Positions 25,893 through 34,272 are shown, numbered from the stretch's first letter. The stretch is DNA of 39,013 nt from Acidimicrobiales bacterium (GCA_035497855.1 DATKAS010000189.1:1-39013), one strand, 5' to 3'. The notes: generated from the sequence alone by a model not told the origin. Translations and numbers: made by a program.

Positions 25893-27461
25893 TCATGTCA
25901 GGGCCTGCTCGACCTCGCGCACCGTGAGCCACGGCGACGGAGCGAGGATCTTCGCGATCTGCGGTGCGAACGCGGGCGACGAGCACACGACGTCCGCTGT
26001 CGGCCCGTCGGCCACCACCTCGCCTTCGGCGAGCACGACCACGCGGTCGGCGACCGCTGCGACGAGCTCGACATCGTGGGTTGCGATCACGATCGCGTGA
26101 CCGGCATGCGCCAGCTCGGCGACGATCGCCGCGAACCGCTCTTTCGCGCCGGGGTCGAGGCCGCGGGTCGGTTCGTCGAGCAGGACCACGACGGGCGCTG
26201 CAGTGAGCTGGAGGGCGAGGACGAGCGCGAGCCGTTGACCTTCGGACAGGTCTCGTGGATGGGCATCGACCCCGACGTCGACTGCGAACCGCTCGAGGAT
26301 CGCGCGGCACGTGCCCGGTGCGGTGCCGGTGTCGGCATCGGCCTGCTCGCACTCCGCCGCGACGGTCGGGAGGTACAGGAGGTCGGACGGAGCCTGGGGC
26401 ACGAGGCCGATGCGAGCTGGCCCGTCGACGGTTCCCATGAGCCGCGGCCCTGATCCTTGGATCGCCCACAGCAGGGACGACTTGCCGGAGCCGTTGCGTC
26501 CCATCAACGCAACCACCTCGCCACGATGCAGGTCGAGGTCGACCTCGCGCACCGCGACTGTTGTGTCGTAGACGACCGTGATGCCCCGCGCGACGACCGC
26601 GATGTCGCCGCCCGACGAGGCGAGCTGACGTCCGCGCGAGGGCGCGGCCCGTTCGGCGAGCGCGGTTCGGAGCTCGCTCGCGTGGCGACGAGCCTCGCGC
26701 ACGGAGAGGGGAGGCGGCATCCATCCTTGCGACTTGGCCAGCTGGACGACCGGCGGAGCGAGCGACGTGTGCAGCAGGACCTCGCGGGGATCGCCGTCGA
26801 CGACGGTGCCGTCGCAGAGGAGCACCACGCGATCGCAGTGGTGCACCACCCGCTCGAGCCGGTGCTCGGCGAGGACGACGGTGACGCCGAGGTCGTGCAC
26901 GAGTCGCGTGACCGCAGCGAGCACGTCCTCGGCGGCCGTCGGATCGAGCGCCGACGTCGGCTCGTCGAGCACGAGCACGCGAGGGTGCGCGGTGAGCACC
27001 GACCCGATCGCGACTCGCTGCTGCTGGCCTCCCGACAGGGCGCGGAGTGGACGAGAGCGGAGATCCGCGATGCCGAGGAGGTCGAGCGTCTCCTCGACGC
27101 GCTTGCGCATCACCCCAGATGCGATGCCGAGCTGCTCCATCGAGTACGCGAGCTCTTCCTCCACCGTGTCGGTCACGAACCCCGCGAGCGGGTCCTGGCC
27201 GACGTAGCCGACCGTCTCGGCCATGTCGCGGGGCTTGTGCTGGCGCGTGTCGAGCCCGTCGACGACGACGCGGCCCGTGAGGTGCCCACCGGTGAAGTGC
27301 GGCACGAGCCCGTTGATCGTGCCGAGCAGGGTCGACTTGCCCGAGCCGGTCGGACCGATGACGAGGCACAGCTCGCCCTCGTCGATGGTGAGATCGATGT
27401 CGCGCAGCACGGGACGCTCGTTGCCGGCGTGCGTGAACGAGTCGATCTGGAGCCGGATCAC
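25893..27461 (-). CDS. ECF transporter fused double ATPase (EcfA-EcfA')
   Basis: Two ABC cassettes: [11 protein letters not shown] / [11 protein letters not shown] / VLVLDEPTSALD and GRNGSGKSSLL / LSEGQRLALVL / VVLLDEPTRGLD. GTG at 27459-27461 forms a GTGA overlap with the ecfT stop. The tracked ORF extends to 28199 as junk. Confidence 0.9.
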   Translation of the reverse strand: MIRLQIDSFTHAGNERPVLRDIDLTIDEGELCLVIGPTGSGKSTLLGTINGLVPHFTGGHLTGRVVVDGLDTRQHKPRDMAETVGYVGQDPLAGFVTDTVEEELAYSMEQLGIASGVMRKRVEETLDLLGIADLRSRPLRALSGGQQQRVAIGSVLTAHPRVLVLDEPTSALDPTAAEDVLAAVTRLVHDLGVTVVLAEHRLERVVHHCDRVVLLCDGTVVDGDPREVLLHTSLAPPVVQLAKSQGWMPPPLSVREARRHASELRTALAERAAPSRGRQLASSGGDIAVVARGITVVYDTTVAVREVDLDLHRGEVVALMGRNGSGKSSLLWAIQGSGPRLMGTVDGPARIGLVPQAPSDLLYLPTVAAECEQADADTGTAPGTCRAILERFAVDVGVDAHPRDLSEGQRLALVLALQLTAAPVVVLLDEPTRGLDPGAKERFAAIVAELAHAGHAIVIATHDVELVAAVADRVVVLAEGEVVADGPTADVVCSSPAFAPQIAKILAPSPWLTVREVEQALT

Positions 27462-28606
27462 GAGATCCCCACCATCGTCGGGACGCGCGCACCCGCCGGA
27501 TCGTGCGGCGCGGCGAGCCGCGGGGGAGGCGCGATCCAGGCGGGCAACGCGCCGGCGAGGATCGCGAGGAGAGGGACGAGCTGGATGGTGGGCCACTCCA
27601 ACGGCTGTAGGGACGGGTTCAGGTTGTCGGGGTTCACGTGGCCGGCGAGGAACAGGCCGGTGGCGACGAACAGGCCGGACGCCGCGACGAGCCACTCTGC
27701 GGTCCGCCACGGATCGGGGCGGTAGCGGGTCGTGTGGGCGCCTCGCCCGGCGAGCGCGAGGCCGCACACGGCGGCGAGCGCGCCGAGCACGAGTGTGGGC
27801 AGCCCGAGCACCGCGGGTGTCGTCGCGTCGAGCAACCCGTACACGCCCACGCACACACCGCAGAGGCCGGCGAGCACGAGTGCGCCGCTCCCGATGCGTC
27901 GCGCCGAGCTCGTCTCCGTCGTGCGCCCGTGGCCGCGAGCGTCCATCGACGCCGCGAGGAGGATCGATCGATCGAGGGCGTCCGTCATGACCGGCACGAC
28001 GATCTGACGGAGCAGGTGGCGACGAGATGGCGTGCCGCCCCGGAGCGCGCGGGCGCGTCGCACGCGGCGAGCGCTCTCGACGAGCTGCGGCGCGACGGTG
28101 AGCGCGACCGTGATCGCGACACCGATCTCGTGCAACGAGCTGGGCGCCGACTTCAGCAACCGCTTCGGGTTGGCGAGCACGTTCGCGGCGCCGATGCACA
28201 AGATCAGCGTCGCGAGCCGGAGCCCGTCGTAGAACGCGGCGAGCATCCCCTCGAGCGACACTGGACCACCGACGCGGATGCCTTGCGCTGCGGATGGCAA
28301 CGGCAGCTCTGGCAGATGGAACAGCACATGCTCGCCGTACTGACCGTCAAGCACGGTGCGCAGCGCGACGCGCACCGCGATCACGACGAGCGCGGCGATC
28401 ACGTACCCATGGAACCCAGAGCTCCACGGAGCGTCGCCACGCCGGGCCGACACGACGAACGCAACGACGGCGATGATCGCCACGAGCAGCAGTGGGTTCG
28501 TCGTGCGGGTGGCCGCGGTCGCCATGCCGAGTGCCCAGATCCACCACGCGGCGGGATGCAGCTCACGGGGCAGACGTTCGAGGCTCGTCGTGCGGCGCGT
28601 GCTCAC
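27458..28606 (-). CDS. ecfT: ECF transporter transmembrane (T) component, CbiQ/EcfT family, unusually long (382 aa)
   Basis: Multi-TM protein in T-component position, with a CbiQ-like coupling region (ARRVRRARALRG...RSILLAASMDARG) and additional C-terminal TM helices. GTGA overlap with the upstream gene. Confidence 0.7.
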   Translation of the reverse strand: MSTRRTTSLERLPRELHPAAWWIWALGMATAATRTTNPLLLVAIIAVVAFVVSARRGDAPWSSGFHGYVIAALVVIAVRVALRTVLDGQYGEHVLFHLPELPLPSAAQGIRVGGPVSLEGMLAAFYDGLRLATLILCIGAANVLANPKRLLKSAPSSLHEIGVAITVALTVAPQLVESARRVRRARALRGGTPSRRHLLRQIVVPVMTDALDRSILLAASMDARGHGRTTETSSARRIGSGALVLAGLCGVCVGVYGLLDATTPAVLGLPTLVLGALAAVCGLALAGRGAHTTRYRPDPWRTAEWLVAASGLFVATGLFLAGHVNPDNLNPSLQPLEWPTIQLVPLLAILAGALPAWIAPPPRLAAPHDPAGARVPTMVGIS

Positions 28607-29424
28607 GCGCGCGCCCGCCGTCGTCGCCGCACGATCATCACGCCGGCGGTGCCGATGCCGACCACGACCGCCGCCGAGATGACGAAGCCGAGCGGGCTGC
28701 CTCCATCGTCACCATCCTCGCCCAGGTCGACTGCGATCGTCGTCGTTGCCGCGGTCGTCGTTGCCGCGGTCGTCGTCGAGCCGGCGGTCGTGGCGGTGGT
28801 GACGACCGTGGTGGTTGCCGCGGTCGTGGTTGCCGCGGTCGTCGTTGCCGCGGTCGTCGTTGCGCCGGTGATCGGCGCACTCGTCGCTGTCGTGGTGGTG
28901 ACCACCGCCGGCGTCGACGCGCAATCGCTCCTGTTCAGGGTCGCCGGCGGCGACGTCGCCGACGCCGGAGGAGCGAAGCGCGGCGCTGGGATCTCCGACG
29001 CGACCTTGTCGAGCGAGAACGACCAGCCCTCGAATGTCCCTGGTGGCGGGACCCGGCTCCCCGCGCCGAGCGTGCTGTAGCACCAGGCCCCGCCGGGCGC
29101 AGCGAGCCAATAGCCCCAATACCCCGAGGCCGGCGACGTGTTCACGCACGGATCGTTCGCCGGCTGGTTCGCGATGCGGCACACGAAGCCTGGGAACCGC
29201 TGTGCGGTCTGGTAGCCGATCCCTGCGCGCGTGAGCGCGTCGAGTCCGGATGACACCTGGCCTTCGGCGCAGACGACGTGGATGCCACCACCGAGGTCTT
29301 GGAAGTCGACGACGACGGTGACGCCGCTGTCGCCGGCACACGCACCGGTCTGCTGGCGCGGTGTCGCCGATGCGATCGGCAACAGCGACAGCGCAGCCAT
29401 GACGAGTGCGAGTGGTTCGATCAC
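28603..29424 (-). CDS. Secreted, C-terminally membrane-anchored DUF4430-like (transcobalamin beta-domain-like) protein with a Thr/Ala-rich stalk
   Basis: Signal-like VIEPLALVMAALSLLPIASA. Cys-rich globular domain with GYWGYWLAAPGGAWCYSTLGAGSRVPPPGTFEGWSF. Long TTTAA-repeat linker, then TM helix FVISAAVVVGIGTAGVMIV plus an RRRRRARA tail. GTG at 29424, 10 nt after the upstream stop. Confidence 0.6.
   Translation of the reverse strand: MIEPLALVMAALSLLPIASATPRQQTGACAGDSGVTVVVDFQDLGGGIHVVCAEGQVSSGLDALTRAGIGYQTAQRFPGFVCRIANQPANDPCVNTSPASGYWGYWLAAPGGAWCYSTLGAGSRVPPPGTFEGWSFSLDKVASEIPAPRFAPPASATSPPATLNRSDCASTPAVVTTTTATSAPITGATTTAATTTAATTTAATTTVVTTATTAGSTTTAATTTAATTTIAVDLGEDGDDGGSPLGFVISAAVVVGIGTAGVMIVRRRRRARA
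28741..28873 (-). repeat. 15-nt tandem repeats (cgtcgttgccgcggt and variants) encoding the Thr/Ala stalk
   Basis: Perfect tandem copies at 28741-28755 and 28756-28770, with near-copies from 28814-28873. Confidence 0.85.
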
Positions 29425-29434
29425 GACGCAGTGC

Positions 29435-31027
29435 TCACGACAGGTCGTGCATGAACCGTCGCGAAGCGACCGCGACCAGCCCGAGACCACTCGCGATCAG
29501 CAGCAGCGCGATGGGAAGGCTGCGCGTCGCGTCGTCGCCCGTTCGGGGCAGCTCGCCCGAGCCGGACGGGGCGGTCGTCGGCGCGGTGGTCGCGGACCCG
29601 CCACCCGGTGCCGTGGTGGTCGCCCCTGCGACCGTCGTGGATGTCGTCGATGTCGTCGTCGTCGTCGATCCCGTGACTTGCAGCGCGATCGAGAGGCTCT
29701 TGCTGGAGATCTGCCCCGCCATCTCGACTTGGTGGGCCCCCGCAGGAGTGTTCGCGGGGACGACGAACGTGAACGACGCGAGACCGTTCGCGTCCGCGTT
29801 GACGGTGCCGAGGATCACCGGATCGGAGAACAGCGTGATGCGCACAGGCTCGTTCGGGTTGAAGCCGTTGCCGCCCACTGCCACCGTGTCTCCCGGCTTC
29901 GCGGTCTCGGTCGAGATGGTGATGCCGCCCGACGAGGTGCCCCCGCCACTGCCACCGCCTCCGCCCGAGGGGAGCGTGACCTGCGGGAGGGCGAGCACGC
30001 CCTGTGACGTCGCCCGCCGGAACGGATCGCGTTCAGCGGGAAGCCCGTGTGCGATCGCGTCATCACGCTGGCCGGGGTCGTACGCGATGACACCGATGTC
30101 CGCGCTGGCCGCGCCCGCGTTCGTGTCAGTGAGCTGCAGCGACTGGATCCACACACCGGCCTTGTTCGCCGCGGCGGTCTGCCCAGCCGCCCGCAGTGCT
30201 TGGGCGATGATGCCCGTCGAGTTCGCGTTCAGGCTCGCCGTCGGTCCCGAGCCGCGGAAGGCGCCACTCGCGTCCTGCTGCCCGAGCAGCCACGTGACCG
30301 CCTCGCTCACGGCGCCCGATGCTGCGGTCTGGCCGACGAGCGCTTGGATGGCGAGCCCGGTCGCGTCGGGGTCGGCCTCCGCATCGCTCGCGCATGTGTC
30401 GCCGCTGTCGTAGAAGAGTCGGAAGCCGCCTGCCGGGCACTGCTGTGCGAGCAAGAAGGTGATGGCTTCGGCAGGCACGCCGCCGCTGGTGCGCGCGAGG
30501 CCCAGGATGTCGAACGCCTGGCCGAACCCGTTGCTGAAGTCGCCGAACGCGCTGGCGTCGGAGAAGCGACCGGTCTGGCCTCCGCTCGTCCGCATCAGCG
30601 CCCGTAGCTCGGTCTCGATGTTCAGGCCGCCGAGGTTCGACGAGTCCACGCCGAACACCTTCGTCATGTACAGGAGCTTCCCCATCGGTCCCGCGTACCG
30701 CTCCGTGGTGCCCGGTGCGCCGTCCGTGACGTAGCTGGTCGCGTTTGCCGTGACATTGCTGACCGTCGCTTGCGTGTCGGCTGCGCTCGCGCGTCCACCA
30801 CCGGCGAGGGCGAGGACGAAGTCGATCGTGAGGCCCCAGTCCGTGAAGCCCGGAGCTCCCTTGAAGCCGAGCTGGTGGTTGTTCGCAGCGAGCTCGTGCG
30901 ACAGCCAGTCGAGCGCGCTCGCCGTCGGGTCGGTCGCAGCATGCGCCGGGGCGACCGGCGCGACGAGCGCGACACAGGCGAAGACGACGGCGACAGCAGC
31001 TGCGAGGCGGCGGGCCAGTGATCTCAT
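29435..31027 (-). CDS. LPXTG-anchored surface protein with a prenyltransferase/squalene-oxidase-repeat (alpha/alpha toroid) domain and an Ig-like domain
   Basis: Signal peptide MRSLARRLAAAVAVVFACVALVAPVAPAHA. Repeats of the type LLAQQCPAGGFRLFY and LLGQQDASGAFRGSG. Gly-rich hinge, then a beta-rich domain (ITISTETAKPGDTVAVGGNGF...HQVEMAG). Thr-rich stalk, and sorting signal LPRTG + hydrophobic helix + RRF. ATG at 31025-31027. Confidence 0.7.
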   Translation of the reverse strand: MRSLARRLAAAVAVVFACVALVAPVAPAHAATDPTASALDWLSHELAANNHQLGFKGAPGFTDWGLTIDFVLALAGGGRASAADTQATVSNVTANATSYVTDGAPGTTERYAGPMGKLLYMTKVFGVDSSNLGGLNIETELRALMRTSGGQTGRFSDASAFGDFSNGFGQAFDILGLARTSGGVPAEAITFLLAQQCPAGGFRLFYDSGDTCASDAEADPDATGLAIQALVGQTAASGAVSEAVTWLLGQQDASGAFRGSGPTASLNANSTGIIAQALRAAGQTAAANKAGVWIQSLQLTDTNAGAASADIGVIAYDPGQRDDAIAHGLPAERDPFRRATSQGVLALPQVTLPSGGGGGSGGGTSSGGITISTETAKPGDTVAVGGNGFNPNEPVRITLFSDPVILGTVNADANGLASFTFVVPANTPAGAHQVEMAGQISSKSLSIALQVTGSTTTTTSTTSTTVAGATTTAPGGGSATTAPTTAPSGSGELPRTGDDATRSLPIALLLIASGLGLVAVASRRFMHDLS

Positions 31028-31144
31028 CGAGATGCTCGCTTTCGGTTGCGCCTGCGCAATTCCCGACCGAAGCGTGCATCGCGCCTGCGAGCACGGACCC
31101 CGGCTCTCGTTCCGCAGACCACGACGGTGGTGTGAGCCAATGCA

Positions 31145-31243
31145 CTCGCAGACAGGCATTCCGACTCCCCGAGGCGAGCGAGCTCGCCATGGGCTACGGC
31201 TGCGGGTCAGTGCCGGACTTCGACCGGCTTCCCCCGTCTGAGA
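31145..31243 (-). promoter_or_regulatory. Cobalamin (B12) riboswitch aptamer in the 5' leader of the surface-protein/ECF operon
   Basis: Minus-strand RNA reads cuCAGAC-GGGGGAAgcCGGUCgAAgUCCGGCaCUGaCCCGCaGCcGUAgccc...(hairpin gcgagcucgcucgc)...ggGGAGUCGGAAuGCCUGUCUGcgag. It has the GGGAA..GGU..AA..UCC..CCCGC..GUA core and a B12-box-like AGUCGGAAUGCCUGUC. CAGAC/GUCUG can close P1. About 115 nt of expression platform follow before the ATG at 31027. Confidence 0.7.
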
Positions 31244-31277
31244 GCGATATGTCGAAGCGTGAACCTACCATTGGTCC

Positions 31278-31835
31278 GTGGCTGACGACTCCCCCCAGAC
31301 GCTCGTCGGCATCGCGTTCGGCGACACATTCCGCGCGCAGGAATTCCTCACCGCCGCGCAGCGTCTCGCCGCGAACCGGCACATGCACCTGAAGGACGCG
31401 GTGTTCGTGATCAAGCGCGAGGACGGCACGACCGTCGTGCGCGAGACGATCGACCCGCAGCCCGGGCGTTCGGCGCTGTCGGCGGCAGTGTGGGCGAGCC
31501 TGCTCGGACTCCTGCTCGGCGGCCCCGTCGGATGGCTCGCCGGTGGCGCGATCGGTGCAGCCGGAGGCGCGGCGGCGGCCAAGCTCGTCGACCTCGGCGT
31601 CCCGGATGAGTGGGTCTCGTGGTTCCGGGAAGAGGTGCAGCCGGGCACGTCCACGCTCGTGCTGCTCGTCACCGAGCTCGACCGCGATGCGCTCGTGACC
31701 GAGCTCGAGCGGTTCAACCCGGCAAAGCTCGTCTACGCGAACCTCGAGCCTTACTGGCTCGACAAGATCCACGAGGCGCTCGGCGAGACCAGCGCCTCGA
31801 ATGAGCCGTCAGGACTCGACGAACTCTCGCAGTAG
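31278..31835 (+). CDS. DUF1269-family membrane protein (general-stress-like, Gly-zipper TM segment)
   Basis: LVGIAFGDTFRAQEFLTAAQRLA...AVFVIKREDGTTVV...SLLGLLLGGPVGWLAGGAIGAAGGAAAAKL. GTG start. Confidence 0.65.
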   Translation: MADDSPQTLVGIAFGDTFRAQEFLTAAQRLAANRHMHLKDAVFVIKREDGTTVVRETIDPQPGRSALSAAVWASLLGLLLGGPVGWLAGGAIGAAGGAAAAKLVDLGVPDEWVSWFREEVQPGTSTLVLLVTELDRDALVTELERFNPAKLVYANLEPYWLDKIHEALGETSASNEPSGLDELSQ

Positions 31836-32660
31836 CGCGTTTGCCTGCTCGGGCAGCTCACCGAACATCCCGTGCCCGGCGGGATAGCGCTCGTAGCGAA
31901 CGAGGCTCGGATCGAGCCCAGTGACGATCTCCTCTGCGCACGCCGTGGGGGTCACCGGATCGTCGTCGCCCGACAGCACAAGCGCCGGGCACGTGATCTT
32001 CGACAGCAACGCCGTCTGGTCGTACGTCGGCTGCACCTCGGTGATGAAGTGCTGCAACACGTCGACGTTCATCAGCGTGCGACCGATCTGCTTTGCCTGC
32101 TTGTCCATCGCATCGGCCCGGCGGCTGTAGAGCGGCATGCAGACCTGGCCGTACTCGAGAAGGTTCTCCATGGACGGATCGGTCCAGAACCGCCTCGCGA
32201 CCTCGGCCGCGGCCGGGCCCCCCAAGCGCTCGAACACCGGGAACATGCGCTCGATGACGAGCCGCGCCGATGTCGAGTCGAGCACGACCTTCCCCGGGTG
32301 GTCCGGATGGCGGCCCGCGTAGCTGATGGCCACGAACCCGCCGAACGAGCTGCCGATCACGACCGGCTTCACGATGTCGAGCGCGTCGCAGAACCCGGCG
32401 ACGTCGTCACCCCACTGCTCCAGTGTCCACTTCTCGTGGGGACCCGGGTCGCTGCGGCCGTTGCCGCGGTGGTCGTAGACGACGACCTGCGCCCAGTCGC
32501 TGAGCGGCCCGACGGTGTCGGCCCAGATGGTGTGGTCGAACCCGGGACCCCCGTGGAGGAGCACGAGTGTCGGCCGCTCGACCATCGTGGCACCGTCGGC
32601 GACGCGCTTCGCTCCGATGACGTCGAAGTAGAGCTTGACGTCGTCGACCTGAACCTTCAT
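31809..32660 (-). CDS. Alpha/beta hydrolase fold protein (proline iminopeptidase-like)
   Basis: LVLLHGGPGFDH (oxyanion HGGPG), nucleophile elbow GSSFGG, C-terminal His in AGHGMF. The ATG at 32658-32660 overlaps the ACAD stop (ATGA). The tracked ORF extends further as junk. Confidence 0.8.
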   Translation of the reverse strand: MKVQVDDVKLYFDVIGAKRVADGATMVERPTLVLLHGGPGFDHTIWADTVGPLSDWAQVVVYDHRGNGRSDPGPHEKWTLEQWGDDVAGFCDALDIVKPVVIGSSFGGFVAISYAGRHPDHPGKVVLDSTSARLVIERMFPVFERLGGPAAAEVARRFWTDPSMENLLEYGQVCMPLYSRRADAMDKQAKQIGRTLMNVDVLQHFITEVQPTYDQTALLSKITCPALVLSGDDDPVTPTACAEEIVTGLDPSLVRYERYPAGHGMFGELPEQANALLREFVES

Positions 32661-33925
32661 GACGGGACCTGGGTGCCGACCTTCAGCTCGCGGAACGGCG
32701 TCGTCGAGTCGATGCCCGCATCCTTCGGGAGGCCGAGCACGCGCTCGCCGACGATGTTGCGCATGACCTCGTCGCTGCCACCCGCGATCCGCATGCCCGG
32801 GATGCCCATGACGAACTGCGACCACGCGTAGGTGCCCCACTCGCCGGAGTCGGCGACCATCTTGGCGCCGAGCACGTCGCCGACGAACTCGCCGGTGCGG
32901 AACATGTTCTGCGTGAGCGCGAGCTTCGCGATCGACATCTCGGGTCCGGGCAGCTGGCCCATCTTGATCTTGTCCATCGCGCGCTGGTTCGTGTAGCTCG
33001 CCACCTTGTTGCGGATGATGAGGTCGGCGAGGCGCTGACGTGTGATCGGGTCCTCGTCGAGGCCGTAGTAGCGCACCATCTCGATGAGACGCGTGATCGA
33101 GGCCATACCCCCGCCGCCCGCGCCGCCGCCGCCGATCGACGCTCGCTCGTTCATCAGCGTCGTGAGTGCGACGGTCCATCCTTGGTTGACGTCGCCGAGG
33201 CGATGGTCGTCACGTACGCGCACGTCCGTGAAGAAGACCTCGTTGAACGACGCGCCGCCGGTCATCTGGCGAAGGGGACGCACCTCCACGCCCGGCGCGT
33301 GCATGTCGACGATGAAGCCCGTGAGGCCCTTGTGCTTCGGCTGATCCGGATCGCTGCGCGTGATGATCTCGCCGATGTCGCTGCGGTGCGCACCGGACGT
33401 CCACACCTTCTGGCCGTTGATCCGCCACTCGTCGCCGTCGCGCTCGGCCCGGGTCTGGATCCCGGCGAGGTCGGAGCCCGCGATCGGCTCGGAGAACAGC
33501 TGACATCCGACGATCTCGCCGCGGTGGAGCGGACGGAGGTAGCGCTCGCGCACCTCCGGGATCGCGTGGGCGAGGATCGTCGGCGCGACCATCCCGAGGC
33601 CGATGCCGAAGAAGCCCTGGTTCGGCACCGCGTACTTGTTCTCGATCGCGGACCATGCGCGGTCGTAGGCCTGCGGCAGCTCGCGACCTCCGTACGCCGA
33701 GGGGCCGGTGATCCAGCCGAACCCCGCATCGAACTTCTTCTGCCGCCACTCCCGGGCCTTGGCGAGCTCGTCGAGCTCGTTCTTGCGGGTCTTTTCGTCG
33801 AAGAGCGTCACCCTGTCGGAGCCCTCGCCCCAGACGAACTTCTTCTCCTCGGCCTTGAGCGACGCGTTGGCGTCCATGAACTTCGTGGCCTCGGCCTCGA
33901 ACTGCTCGAGCGTGATGTCGGGCAT
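32657..33925 (-). CDS. Acyl-CoA dehydrogenase family protein (FadE-like)
   Basis: 422 aa. CQLFSEPIAGSDLAGIQTRAERDGDEWRINGQKVWTSGA...GLTGFIVDM...GGSDEVMRNIVGERVLGLP. Confidence 0.9.
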   Translation of the reverse strand: MPDITLEQFEAEATKFMDANASLKAEEKKFVWGEGSDRVTLFDEKTRKNELDELAKAREWRQKKFDAGFGWITGPSAYGGRELPQAYDRAWSAIENKYAVPNQGFFGIGLGMVAPTILAHAIPEVRERYLRPLHRGEIVGCQLFSEPIAGSDLAGIQTRAERDGDEWRINGQKVWTSGAHRSDIGEIITRSDPDQPKHKGLTGFIVDMHAPGVEVRPLRQMTGGASFNEVFFTDVRVRDDHRLGDVNQGWTVALTTLMNERASIGGGGAGGGGMASITRLIEMVRYYGLDEDPITRQRLADLIIRNKVASYTNQRAMDKIKMGQLPGPEMSIAKLALTQNMFRTGEFVGDVLGAKMVADSGEWGTYAWSQFVMGIPGMRIAGGSDEVMRNIVGERVLGLPKDAGIDSTTPFRELKVGTQVPS

Positions 33926-33982
33926 CCGGTTCGTCCCCCTGCTGGATGGATGTTGACCCGCGGGTCAACGTACCGTTTCCGC

Positions 33983-34237
33983 ATGACCCGCGCGCAGGCC
34001 AACGTGATCAGGGCGTTCTCGATCTGGACCGTCTACGTCTGGGTCACGCGAATCTGGAACATCTGGAACGACGCCACCCGTGACGGCGCGTTCAAGGCCG
34101 TCCACACCGTCATCTGCGTGATCTCGGTCGGCTTCGCGATCGCCGCGTGGATCGTCGTGTCGCAGGTCCGCCGCCGCCAGCTCGCCCGCGAGGCGGCGCC
34201 CGACACGGGCCTGGCGCCCGAGTCCAGCCGGACCTGA
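33983..34237 (+). CDS. Small two-TM membrane protein (84 aa; resembles small conserved actinobacterial membrane proteins)
   Basis: MTRAQANVIRAFSIWTVYVWVTRIWNIWND...VHTVICVISVGFAIAAWIVVSQVRRR. This is only the C-terminal part of tracked ORF 33182..34237; the rest is antisense to the ACAD gene. Confidence 0.5.
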   Translation: MTRAQANVIRAFSIWTVYVWVTRIWNIWNDATRDGAFKAVHTVICVISVGFAIAAWIVVSQVRRRQLAREAAPDTGLAPESSRT

Positions 34238-34252
34238 CGCCGGACACCGCGC

Positions 34253-34272
34253 CCTCCTCCTCCTCCTCCTCC
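34253..34272. repeat. (CCT)n microsatellite in a convergent intergenic spacer
   Basis: cctcctcctcctcctcctcc, read directly. Confidence 0.9.

Noticed and set aside
27462-28199. N-terminal extension of the ECF ATPase ORF (tracked as 768 aa)
   Set aside because: The extension lies inside the EcfT gene in another frame and is Arg/Pro-rich. A GTG forming a GTGA overlap with the ecfT stop gives a canonical ABC N-terminus (VIRLQIDSF...).
34253-34272. (CCT)n microsatellite as a functional element
   Set aside because: It is short (about 6.7 units) and sits in a spacer between convergent gene ends, with no adjacent structure. It is most likely neutral low-complexity sequence. It is listed as a repeat feature only.
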